DNA of 41,124 nucleotides from Candidatus Nanoarchaeia archaeon (GTDB lineage Archaea; Nanobdellota; Nanobdellia; UBA10117): NCBI GenBank assembly GCA_038851215.1, contig JAWCLD010000002.1, positions 1 to 41,124 of the forward strand, read 5' to 3'. Shown piece by piece: positions 6,763 to 15,260 of this stretch (position 1 is its first letter; each line of letters starts with the position of its first letter). The notes under the pieces were generated by a model. It saw only the letters and a program-made list of their open reading frames with translations, ran no database searches and was not told where the DNA came from. The position numbers and the translations under genes were made by a program.

Positions 6763-9252
6763 ATGATAATGAGCAAATACTTCCAGCAGCACAAGCACTG
6801 GAGCCCTTTATACGCTCGTAACTATTTGCGGCAACATAAATTTTGGAAACAAAATACTTTTCCTTATAGTTCCAAGCAACTACGAGAATTTAATCGTAAT
6901 CAAAAAGAGCTTGAAGCCTGTATAAAACAAGCCCTTAGCGAAGGTCCCTTTACTTTAAAAAAAGCAGCCTTTGCATTATTTGCAGCGCTTGTACTTTATA
7001 GCGCCAGTGGTTTAGCTGCTGCGAGTGCAGAGCTTAATAAATCAGCTAAATCTAAAGCTAACTCATTTAGTTCTAAAGAACCCCAGCCTTACAAGGAACA
7101 ACATCAAAGCCCAATTCTCTTAAGCGAGAGCTATAAGATATCAAGCGATTCTGATGGTGATGTTGAAGAAATCGTAGCCGGGAAAAATTTTGGCGTATCT
7201 CCCCAATTTCCTAATGATTTAGATATATTACGTATAAGTTCAGAACTGAAAGGTGTCAAAAAAATTTATACCATAACCACGCAAGCTTCAGCTACGCAAG
7301 GCGGAGATTACCGTCTAGAATTAACTAACAAAACCACTGGCGGCCTCCAAGCGAAAGCGAGCTTTAAAGACCCTCTATTAAATCAAATTGTGTATGCAGA
7401 TGGTAAAGTGGTCAAAGGTCAAATTAAAATAAACACAGATGGTAGTATTGAGATACCTTTCGAAGCTGACAAAGTCCAAGACACATACTTTTCTGCAACT
7501 GCTGAAAAAATTATTGGCGAAAAAATACTAAGAGAGAAATTTTCCGACAAACCTGAAGAATTTAGTAAAAAATTTGGTAAAAACTTTTTTGATTTGCCTA
7601 ACAATTTAGAGATTAGAAAGACTATCGATCCGCCACCTGAGGTACTAGCAAAATTAAATTCTTTTGACATAGTAGCTGCACGTGTGGTTGGCAACAACAT
7701 AGAAGTAGAATTAAGTGCGCCCCCGATTTTTAACGCCACGTTGTCTAAGGAAGGTGTTGTTTATAGCATTAGTCTTGGAAACTTATTCGCTGAAGTAGGT
7801 GAATGGTATTGGCCTACTATACGTCGCCTTAATTCAATACAATATGGTGATACCGGAATAATTGATTTCGATAAAATATATTCAAGCGGCAATAAAATAA
7901 TAATACCAATTATGCATCCAGAAAAACTCAATTCAAGTAAATTTATAGGCGATGCACTGTGGATTACTACAAATTTAGAGTATGCTCCTAGTGAAGATAA
8001 GTATTTTCAAGTACGTGACTTAGCTCATAGTGGAAGCTACTATCCTCTTGAAGAGAAAACATCTAGTCTTGGAAAAGAAACTCCGCCAAATTTTGTTTTC
8101 AGCTTAGACGATATACTTAGACCTACAGACCCATTTGCAGACGATAACGATGTTTTTAACAATCATGCTATGAAAAACACATCATTACTGCTATACAAAA
8201 AAACTATAATATATAATAGGGAAAAATTTATCGAATGGTGGCTTTATTTACCGGACAACCCTGTTTGCTTAGTCGCAATAAATAGAAATTGTATTGTTCC
8301 TGATCACCACACTCATGATTGGGAAGTTGTCATAGATCGCTATACAGAAGATGGTGTCTTCATAGAACGAGCAACCTCTTTTCACGTTAAGGTGCCAGGC
8401 ATTAATCCTGGCTGGCTATTTTCCAAAACTCCTAGTAATGTTTATGTTGAAGCTGGTGGACACGGCCTGTCACCGACAGACATTTTCAGCACTAAAATAA
8501 GAACTTCAATAGATCCGACCAACAACGAGACACTTTTTGGCGTGAAAAGTTTGAATCTAAGAAAATCGGTAAATATAAACTTGATATCTAGTATGGACTA
8601 TCTTGAGTCAAAGTTAGGTGAAAAAAATAAGCAATATGAGACTAATGGCTATCCTCCTGCAGCTTCGATGCTTTTGGGCGAACGCGCTTTAAATCCTTGG
8701 CACCAGAGTGTATATGCCCAACCTTGGACAGTTTTTGAAGATGGGTTGCTAGCTCAAAAAAGCCAAGCTGCAATTCTCTCCATCGATACTAAAGGGCCTA
8801 TAGAGACTTCTGTGAAAATAGGAAATAGTCTTTTAGGGCTGGTAGATGGCGAGCCCAAGGCAGAAATACATGGCGCTTATTATAAAGAATCTGGGAGCGA
8901 AAAAATAATTGTTGTGCTCGATGATTACACTAATGTTGATACTATTACAATAAAGGGTACTGACAGCGGCCCATATACTATTGATATTGAATACGTTGAT
9001 ACAAGCAATTTAGGCTTCCCAGTCATTAAGAAGGAAAGCATAAATCAAATGATAAGTAGCGGTCAAAAGCACATAGTTAAACTTACAGATGGTCCTCGAG
9101 TAGCTCCGCGCATAGTTGATCAGGGTTTGTGGAACAAGGAAATTAGCAATTATCTTATAGCAGGTGCAACAGCCTTACTATCGGCAGCAGGTTTGCATCT
9201 ATACCTTAGACAAAAAAAGTCTAAAGACTCAAAAGACCAACACCCTAAATAA
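6763..9252 (+). CDS. 829-aa surface protein with an N-terminal hydrophobic signal/anchor, a C-terminal TM anchor and an internal HDWE (Vps62/DUF946-like) motif region
   Basis: A basic N-terminal ~65 aa is followed by AAFALFAALVLYSASGLAAASA. The C-terminus is LIAGATALLSAAGLHLYLRQKKSKDSK (a TM segment plus a basic tail). Internal block: IEWWLYLPDNP...PDHHTHDWEVVIDRY...ATSFH...VYVEAGGHGLSP. Confidence 0.7.
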   Translation: MIMSKYFQQHKHWSPLYARNYLRQHKFWKQNTFPYSSKQLREFNRNQKELEACIKQALSEGPFTLKKAAFALFAALVLYSASGLAAASAELNKSAKSKANSFSSKEPQPYKEQHQSPILLSESYKISSDSDGDVEEIVAGKNFGVSPQFPNDLDILRISSELKGVKKIYTITTQASATQGGDYRLELTNKTTGGLQAKASFKDPLLNQIVYADGKVVKGQIKINTDGSIEIPFEADKVQDTYFSATAEKIIGEKILREKFSDKPEEFSKKFGKNFFDLPNNLEIRKTIDPPPEVLAKLNSFDIVAARVVGNNIEVELSAPPIFNATLSKEGVVYSISLGNLFAEVGEWYWPTIRRLNSIQYGDTGIIDFDKIYSSGNKIIIPIMHPEKLNSSKFIGDALWITTNLEYAPSEDKYFQVRDLAHSGSYYPLEEKTSSLGKETPPNFVFSLDDILRPTDPFADDNDVFNNHAMKNTSLLLYKKTIIYNREKFIEWWLYLPDNPVCLVAINRNCIVPDHHTHDWEVVIDRYTEDGVFIERATSFHVKVPGINPGWLFSKTPSNVYVEAGGHGLSPTDIFSTKIRTSIDPTNNETLFGVKSLNLRKSVNINLISSMDYLESKLGEKNKQYETNGYPPAASMLLGERALNPWHQSVYAQPWTVFEDGLLAQKSQAAILSIDTKGPIETSVKIGNSLLGLVDGEPKAEIHGAYYKESGSEKIIVVLDDYTNVDTITIKGTDSGPYTIDIEYVDTSNLGFPVIKKESINQMISSGQKHIVKLTDGPRVAPRIVDQGLWNKEISNYLIAGATALLSAAGLHLYLRQKKSKDSKDQHPK

Positions 9253-9319
9253 AGTGGGCGTTTCTTTATCTGAAAAGTTTATATACAGCAAAAGTTGCAT
9301 ATTGAAAGGAGGTCGGCAA

Positions 9320-9745
9320 ATGTCAAAATCAAGAGCGCAAGGCTTGCCGCTCAATGTTATTGTGTTGGCCGCAATAGCTGCACTCGTGCTAATACTAATA
9401 GTAGCTTTTACAATTGGCGGCCTGGGTGGCTTCTTTAAGCAAATTACAACTGCTAGTGGGATAGAAGAGTTGAGCACTGTGCAGACAGCTTGCAGCAGCG
9501 CTTGTAGCCGGGCCCAAGTTACAGCAACAACACTGATACAATTCAAAAACTCAGATTATTGCAAGAAAACGTTCACTATAGACCTGAACAAAAATGGCAA
9601 AATTGATGCGGGCGAGACTGGGTTAAAGTGCTGGACAGCAAGCACCACGGTTGGCGATGTCACATTCTTAGATCCTATAGGAATAGATTGTGTCGGGCAG
9701 ACACCGGCAGGCGAACAATATAACAAAACAACTTGCACTACTTAG
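9320..9745 (+). CDS. Cys-rich type IV pilin-like protein, paralogue A (candidate major pilin)
   Basis: ATG at 9320 is preceded by AGGAGG (9307-9312). The track start at 9164 overlaps the previous gene. N-terminus is MSKSRAQG|LPLNVIVLAAIAALVLILIVAF. 141 aa. Confidence 0.75.
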   Translation: MSKSRAQGLPLNVIVLAAIAALVLILIVAFTIGGLGGFFKQITTASGIEELSTVQTACSSACSRAQVTATTLIQFKNSDYCKKTFTIDLNKNGKIDAGETGLKCWTASTTVGDVTFLDPIGIDCVGQTPAGEQYNKTTCTT

Positions 9746-9758
9746 CAAACTATAAGAA

Positions 9759-10154
9759 ATGCAAAAGGGCCAAGGATTACCAATTAACACATTAGTGCTA
9801 GCAGCGATAGCGATTCTTGTTTTAATCATGATAATCGCATTTGCAACAGGCACATTTAGTAGACTGTTTAAGGGTGTTAGTACAATAGAGCAAGGCGCAA
9901 CGCCTGAGGAATTAACTGGATTTAGAGTAGGCTGCGAGCAAGCCTGCTTTGCTGCAAAGCAGCTGACAAGAACAACACACCAATTTGAAGCCTCAGACTA
10001 TTGTAAAAGAACGATAAAGGTAAACGAAACAAATAAATTAGTAAGTAAAAATTGTTGGCAATCTCCAATAAACGTGCCTTGTAGTTTTGAACTAGTAGAA
10101 GGTGATGTAACAAAGAGTTGCAGCGGGGAGGGAACAACATGCACTTGCAAATAG
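9759..10154 (+). CDS. Cys-rich type IV pilin-like protein, paralogue B
   Basis: N-terminus MQKGQG|LPINTLVLAAIAILVLIMIIAF. It shares C..AC...(Q)F..SDYCK(K/R)T...CW...C...C..TC spacing with the 9320 gene. Confidence 0.75.
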   Translation: MQKGQGLPINTLVLAAIAILVLIMIIAFATGTFSRLFKGVSTIEQGATPEELTGFRVGCEQACFAAKQLTRTTHQFEASDYCKRTIKVNETNKLVSKNCWQSPINVPCSFELVEGDVTKSCSGEGTTCTCK

Positions 10155-10333
10155 TGAAAGGAAAAAAAGGCATACAGCTAACGATGGAAATAATTGTTAT
10201 AATAATAATTCTCCTCGTACTTCTTGTATTTTTGCTAGTATTCTTTACAGGTCAAGGTGATAAGCTTACAACGCTCTGGGAAAACCTTGTTTCTAGCGGA
10301 ATCAATCAAACTCAAGCGCTGAGCGGACCATGA
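10139..10333 (+). CDS. 64-aa mini-pilin
   Basis: MHLQIVKGKKG|IQLTMEIIVIIIILLVLLVFLLVFF plus a short tail. It overlaps the end of the previous gene. An in-frame GTG at 10154 is an alternative start. Confidence 0.5.
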   Translation: MHLQIVKGKKGIQLTMEIIVIIIILLVLLVFLLVFFTGQGDKLTTLWENLVSSGINQTQALSGP

Positions 10334-11307
10334 ACTCTAAGAAAGGGTTATGGGGAGGATTAATTATCTTAATCGTAATTATTTTGGTTTTGGTAATTAT
10401 TTTTGGGTGGGGCATACCTGCAGTACAAAGGCTTATGAGCAAAATCCCTGAAACTGGCGAAAAAACTCTAATTAAATATAAAATACTGCCGGAAGAGTAT
10501 TATCTTATAGAAGATCTTGTTGCGTTGCAAAGAGGCTCTATAGCATTCAAAGTGCGCGATCAACTCAACACAATTGACATGAGTGATGATATTTATACTA
10601 CTGATTTTAACCCTATTGTAGGCTACAAGGTATGGGAAGATAAGAATCAAAGACCTTTAAGCGGAGTTTCTGCATATACTACAGTTTATATTGGGCTTAT
10701 CACCGATGACAATTTCAGAATTGGAGCAGAAACTGCTCTCGCCCAATTAAAAAAACAACGATTTAATAATACTTTTGTTGCAGTCGTGCCAATAGAATCT
10801 CCTATTAGCGAGCCTAGTTTTGTGCATTACAAGTCAGCAACAATAAGCACTGTGCCAAAGCCCTCCGAATCACAATATTGGCCCGCCCTTAATATGACGC
10901 TGCACGCCCTTCCAACGGCGAGGGACATTTTGTCAATTGTTTTGATTATTACAAACAGAGATGATGATTTCTGCAAAAATTTAGAGGTTTGCGAACCTCT
11001 TAACTCTGCGACTTCAATATTCTTTAATAGCAATGCTTATGTCTATATCGTGACAGATGACATTCAAAAATGCAATAATTTGTTAGCGCTTAAAATGACA
11101 AATGAAACAGTCGCTTCAGTTGGAAGAGGCGACTGTTTAGCTATCAGCAAGATTGAAGAATTAATAAAAGAAATAGAAACAACCGCAGCCACGATTAAAC
11201 TAGGGTACGAACCGCTTGCTGCGGTTGGGAGTGGGCCTCATAACATTACTGTTCAAGTGATAAAGAGACCTAACATGGGTAAGGACTTCGTCAATATAGC
11301 TTATTAA
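10330..11307 (+). CDS. prepilin-like secreted protein, 325 aa
   Basis: ATGA start/stop overlap with the previous gene. N-terminus MNSKKG|LWGGLIILIVIILVLVIIFGWG. Several NxS/T sequons (NNTF, NMTL, NETV, NITV). Confidence 0.6.
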   Translation: MNSKKGLWGGLIILIVIILVLVIIFGWGIPAVQRLMSKIPETGEKTLIKYKILPEEYYLIEDLVALQRGSIAFKVRDQLNTIDMSDDIYTTDFNPIVGYKVWEDKNQRPLSGVSAYTTVYIGLITDDNFRIGAETALAQLKKQRFNNTFVAVVPIESPISEPSFVHYKSATISTVPKPSESQYWPALNMTLHALPTARDILSIVLIITNRDDDFCKNLEVCEPLNSATSIFFNSNAYVYIVTDDIQKCNNLLALKMTNETVASVGRGDCLAISKIEELIKEIETTAATIKLGYEPLAAVGSGPHNITVQVIKRPNMGKDFVNIAY

Positions 11308-11309
11308 AA

Positions 11310-11717
11310 ATGAAAAAAGGTGCAGAACCAGTTGTAGGAGCAATATTTACACTTGTTATATGTGTGATTATACTTTTTGTAGGTTATGTTATTTTAGCGC
11401 AATTTTTCGGTACGACCTCAGAACAAAAAGCGTTCAACAATTTACAACAAGAAATAGAGCATGTCTGCAAGACAAAAGGAGATATGAGTACGAGCATTAG
11501 CTTTTGGCTTCCCGCTGGCAATTCTATTCACTTAAAACAAAGCGGCACAATAGAGTTATGGGGCTCTAACAAAATTATAGCATCAAAAGTGCTTGCCTGC
11601 CCTAACACAGTCACATTTACAGCTTGTTCGATAATATCTCTCGAAGGAAAGGAAAATATTAATTTGTTGATAATTAAAAATAACGATGTGATAAGCCTCC
11701 AACAAAAAGAATTTTAA
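11310..11717 (+). CDS. archaeal type IV pilin-like protein, 135 aa
   Basis: N-terminus MKKG|AEPVVGAIFTLVICVIILFVGYVIL closely resembles the archaeal pilin/archaellin N-terminal consensus ([KR]G-x-[ES]PV[IV]G). Confidence 0.7.
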   Translation: MKKGAEPVVGAIFTLVICVIILFVGYVILAQFFGTTSEQKAFNNLQQEIEHVCKTKGDMSTSISFWLPAGNSIHLKQSGTIELWGSNKIIASKVLACPNTVTFTACSIISLEGKENINLLIIKNNDVISLQQKEF

Positions 11718-11742
11718 GCAATATAAATAAAGTGAGTATATA

Positions 11743-12432
11743 ATGGCAATCAAAATTCCGCCACTTGTGATATTTGCACTAATTATGGTAGGTCTAATGA
11801 TTTATTTTGGCATATTACCATTCTTCCAGGTTTTTTTTGGCGGGCCAGAATACACTGCACAAAAAACAATCGCGGAACAACTCAATCTCGCTTGTTCGGA
11901 GGAGCCTGGCTTTAGTGCAACCTTTTCAGTTTTCATGCCAGACTCTAAAGGCGCAAGGCCACCAGACATAGATTTTCTCTCATTGGCGATTGACAAGCAA
12001 CATTTGTTGCTAATAGCAACGCGCTATGGTGTTGCTACTGGCGATATTATATCACAATTCCAAGATTTCCTCAGTTGTACTTGTACATATGCCGCGCAAG
12101 CATTAATTTCTAAATACTTGAACTGCAATTGTAAAGAAGGCGTTCGCGTTCTCAAAGACATACCTTTAGAGGAGTGCAGAAAGCGTAATATACAGCTTTG
12201 TGGCAATTTTGACACAACAGAGATGTGTGATACTTTTTCCTTTGAATCACAAGAAGGTAAGGAAAATTTACAATTTATAGTTAAAAAAATAAAACAAGGA
12301 AATAAAGATAAAGTTATTTTAAGCTACAACTGGCTTACAGTTTGCGGCGACAATCGTTGTTGCGAGGGTGAAAATGAACTGAACTGCCCTGTTGATTGCA
12401 AGGATGGAAAGCCATGTAAAGTGTTTACTTAA
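11743..12432 (+). CDS. N-terminally anchored Cys-rich secreted protein with a C-terminal CGDxxC..GE..CPxDC knot-like module
   Basis: 229 aa with the N-terminal helix PPLVIFALIMVGLMIYFGILPFF, 19 Cys in total, and the C-terminus CGDNRCCEGENELNCPVDCKDGKPCKV. Confidence 0.6.
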   Translation: MAIKIPPLVIFALIMVGLMIYFGILPFFQVFFGGPEYTAQKTIAEQLNLACSEEPGFSATFSVFMPDSKGARPPDIDFLSLAIDKQHLLLIATRYGVATGDIISQFQDFLSCTCTYAAQALISKYLNCNCKEGVRVLKDIPLEECRKRNIQLCGNFDTTEMCDTFSFESQEGKENLQFIVKKIKQGNKDKVILSYNWLTVCGDNRCCEGENELNCPVDCKDGKPCKVFT

Positions 12433-12444
12433 TTAATTATTCAC

Positions 12445-12454
12445 TTTTTTGTTT
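12445..12454 (+). terminator. oligo-T tract, possible archaeal intrinsic termination or attenuation site
   Basis: ttttttgttt lies 13 nt after the stop at 12432. Archaeal RNA polymerase terminates at T-runs. Confidence 0.25.
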
Positions 12455-12469
12455 CTAATATATAGTTAG

Positions 12470-12500
12470 TAAAGCTAATAAATAACTTTTTTATTTCATA
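12470..12500 (+). promoter_or_regulatory. candidate internal promoter (TATA-like) for the 12512 gene block
   Basis: taataaataa (12476-12485) lies ~27-36 nt upstream of the ATG at 12512, inside a 79-bp AT-rich gap. Confidence 0.25.
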
Positions 12501-12511
12501 AATAAGGCCAT

Positions 12512-14728
12512 ATGCAATCTCGAAAAGCAATTTCTGATTTAGTTTTAATGATAGGTCTAATTATATGTGCAGCCATGTTGTTGATAGGCGGCGCAACAAT
12601 TACTACGAATCTAATTAATGAAAGAGCTCGCCAAACCCCACAGTTTTTAGCAACAGAGCTTGTTAGCATTTTAAACGTCGTTCAAGCGGCTCCCGAACAG
12701 GTAACTTTCAATTACTTTACAGAACAGGATGACGAGGGTTACCCTGTAATCGGTAGTTTAGAAATTGATGACGATACCAATGAGCTTTGCGTCTCACCTA
12801 AAACAGAAGACGAAATGTTTGGCTCGATAACTGAGCAAGCATCCATAGCTGCAGGCTTTGGTGCTATTGGCTATTCTTCGGCTAGAATTAGAAGTGCCAT
12901 CGCATCAAAAGCGGATCGCGTTGCTCTGGAACTTGCACAAAACTACGAGAAAAAATTCGCAGACATTCTTCCAACCTCTAAAGAGGGCAACCTTTTAATT
13001 GCTGATGCGGGAAAGGACGGCGAGGCTTTAAAGAAAGCATTGCTCTCCAAACCTGAAAATTTTGAAGCAGAATTGGCCCAAATGGATTTCTTTATGGGCT
13101 CGCCTGAAACAAATTGGATAAAGGCTAAAACAAACAACGCAGCAGGAAGAATGCAACTTAAGAGGTTGTACTCCGCAGTAGACAACATTGACGAATTTAG
13201 CAAAATAGCAGGAAAAAGTGGCTTTCGTGGCGATATCAATGAGTTGCAGAGGAGCATAAAATGGCTTTCTAAGGGCGGAGGTAAGGATTTGGGAGAAAGA
13301 CTGATTTCTAAAGATGCTACTTTGCTAAGGAATTTTTTAAAAAATCCGAATGCTAAAACAGAGTTGAAAGCATTGTATCTTGGGCGGTTGACTAACAAGG
13401 AGTTTAAAATTCTGCTACAACAAACTACCAAACAGCCACTACTAAAAAGGCTCGCAGCAAAGATACCTTTCACACAAGCGCATAAGGCAGCTAAAGAGGC
13501 AATGAAGTTCAGAGCCGTATCAACGATTAAAGCAGGAAAGTTTACTAAAGCCAAGTTAATTGGTGGCAAAATTTCCACAGGCGTCTTGGCGGGCAGCGTA
13601 ATAGGTGTAGCGATGCTAACTGGAGATTGGGAACAGGCAGCTTATCAGTCAGCGTACACCACAATAGTTTTTGGCAGGTCCTACATTGCAGAATTTATTG
13701 TTAATCGTCTTGCCAAAAGAGCCCCCGCACAACTTGCAACAGAAAGTTTTAGTGAATCATTTGAATGGCTAGAAGGTAGCGCCTCAACATCTGCACCTCC
13801 AGTTCCTGGCGCAGATGTGGCAGCTGGGATGCCGTTTAGACTTATTAATTTTGGGCTAGTACTCGCAGACTCGATAGTCAATACTGCTCTTCTAGATAAT
13901 TTTATTCTCCAAATTAGGGATGCTGCTGGAAATCAAGTCAGTAGAGAGCGAGCAAATATAGTCTGCAAGAATTTCGACCGGCCCAAAGCTAATGGCGAGC
14001 TCCATAAAGTACTTTTAACACCACCAAATTGCGTACCTACAATTAAGTACGGCCCCACGGTAGAAGATGTTAAAGAGCCCTTTAAAGCACTCGAAGAGCA
14101 AGCCGTATTGTTAGCAGGCACTAGCGCAATAATTAGTGCAGCGTGCCCGCTTCCAAACAAAGCTTGTGGTATTTCAAAATTAAGCAGACTTGGAATAATA
14201 ACACCTCAGGTCACCCTTATTGCGGCAAACCTAGGTATAAATTATAACAAATACGCTGCCGCATTCACCCATCCGCAAGATTTTTTCCCCCAGCCGACTT
14301 GTAATTCTTGTGACAAAACCTATTTACGGCAGGATTGCCCCAATTGGTACATATCCGATCCAGGTGGGATGACGCAAGTAGTGGGCGGAAGTTTCATAGT
14401 TGCAGCCACGACAGGGCCATTGTGCGCAGGGCTCAGTTGGTTTGGAGGCATAGGTTCTGCCTGCAACCTTATACGCTATATTAGCATTGGTAGCGCTCTT
14501 ATAGGTGGGCCCCAACACGTTCTTAACTTTATACTTCAAGGATATAATGTTGGCTTCCAAAAGACGAGTATTGGTTCAAAGGAAGCGTTAGGTTTGTCCG
14601 GCGAATTCGCCGACAATACAGGCTATTGGTATGCAGAACTGCCATTCGCGATCGAAATAAGTAAGCCTTACACAAACAATAGCGAAATTAATGAAAGAGC
14701 CAACAATCTCATAATTAGGAAGGTTTAA
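12512..14728 (+). CDS. 738-aa N-terminally anchored protein with a Lys/Ala-rich helical region and several Gly/Ala-rich hydrophobic segments
   Basis: N-terminus MQSRKAISDLVLMIGLIICAAMLLIGG. Residues ~130-350 are K/A/E/L-rich. Later hydrophobic segments include ISTGVLAGSVIGVAMLTG, VLLAGTSAIISAACPL and VVGGSFIVAATTGPLCAGLSWFGGIGSAC. Confidence 0.55.
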   Translation: MQSRKAISDLVLMIGLIICAAMLLIGGATITTNLINERARQTPQFLATELVSILNVVQAAPEQVTFNYFTEQDDEGYPVIGSLEIDDDTNELCVSPKTEDEMFGSITEQASIAAGFGAIGYSSARIRSAIASKADRVALELAQNYEKKFADILPTSKEGNLLIADAGKDGEALKKALLSKPENFEAELAQMDFFMGSPETNWIKAKTNNAAGRMQLKRLYSAVDNIDEFSKIAGKSGFRGDINELQRSIKWLSKGGGKDLGERLISKDATLLRNFLKNPNAKTELKALYLGRLTNKEFKILLQQTTKQPLLKRLAAKIPFTQAHKAAKEAMKFRAVSTIKAGKFTKAKLIGGKISTGVLAGSVIGVAMLTGDWEQAAYQSAYTTIVFGRSYIAEFIVNRLAKRAPAQLATESFSESFEWLEGSASTSAPPVPGADVAAGMPFRLINFGLVLADSIVNTALLDNFILQIRDAAGNQVSRERANIVCKNFDRPKANGELHKVLLTPPNCVPTIKYGPTVEDVKEPFKALEEQAVLLAGTSAIISAACPLPNKACGISKLSRLGIITPQVTLIAANLGINYNKYAAAFTHPQDFFPQPTCNSCDKTYLRQDCPNWYISDPGGMTQVVGGSFIVAATTGPLCAGLSWFGGIGSACNLIRYISIGSALIGGPQHVLNFILQGYNVGFQKTSIGSKEALGLSGEFADNTGYWYAELPFAIEISKPYTNNSEINERANNLIIRKV

Positions 14729-14729
14729 G

Positions 14730-15260
14730 ATGAAGCGCAAATATGTTAAAGGTTTAAGTAATGATGCAAACGCGCTTCGCTTTACTTCAAATAAAAGAGG
14801 GATAGAACAACCACAAGTTATTATTTACATACTTTTTGTAGTGATACTTTCGCTCTGCGGTATTTATTTAGCATTCACTTTTTTTGATATTTTAAAAGTA
14901 GAGTATGATTTTATAGATTACGCTAGCCGGGCAAGTATGATTGGCTCCAAATTTTTGATGTCGCCAGCTTGCTTCGCAGCCGAAAGCTCCTATACTTATG
15001 CTGGTAACACGTATTACCAAGTTACCTCTGGCGTGATAGATTGGGCAAAATTCAATAAATCCGACACAATACCACAAAGCTGTGCAGTTAGCGGCGAAAT
15101 TTGGGCGAAACTTTCTTCACTAGACGATTCTTTTACAGATACAATCGGCGTCTCACGAGAAAAAACCTGGCCAACCAGAACTTTTTACGTCCTTATACTC
15201 AAAGACGGTGTATTGTATAGGGGGAAATTAACTATTAGCATGCCGGCGGTGCAAAAATGA
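14730..15260 (+). CDS. prepilin-like protein, 176 aa
   Basis: Starts 2 nt after the previous stop, with AGGAAGG upstream. Signal ...NKRG|IEQPQVIIYILFVVILSLCGIYLAF. Confidence 0.6.
   Translation: MKRKYVKGLSNDANALRFTSNKRGIEQPQVIIYILFVVILSLCGIYLAFTFFDILKVEYDFIDYASRASMIGSKFLMSPACFAAESSYTYAGNTYYQVTSGVIDWAKFNKSDTIPQSCAVSGEIWAKLSSLDDSFTDTIGVSREKTWPTRTFYVLILKDGVLYRGKLTISMPAVQK

Noticed and set aside
9130-9252. PGF-CTERM/archaeosortase sorting signal at the C-terminus of the 829-aa protein
   Set aside because: A TM helix plus basic tail is present, but the defining P-G-F tripeptide and the preceding Thr/Ser-rich linker are absent. I treat it as a plain C-terminal anchor.
9164-9319. Upstream extension of the first Cys-rich pilin (track start 9164)
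   Set aside because: The extension overlaps the 3' end of the 829-aa gene and would put 52 non-signal residues in front of a textbook prepilin signal. The ATG at 9320 has an AGGAGG site 8 nt upstream.
12943-13578. 211-aa minus-strand ORF antisense to the 738-aa gene
   Set aside because: It lies entirely inside a longer, better-supported plus-strand gene. Its composition is low-complexity and Ser/Leu/Phe-rich, typical of a shadow frame, and there is no start context. The same reasoning applies to 18913..19560(-), 29764..30357(-), 30439..30885(-), 24095..24637(+), 21520..21948(-), 25697..26413(+), 26788..27150(+) and the other short antisense ORFs in the track.
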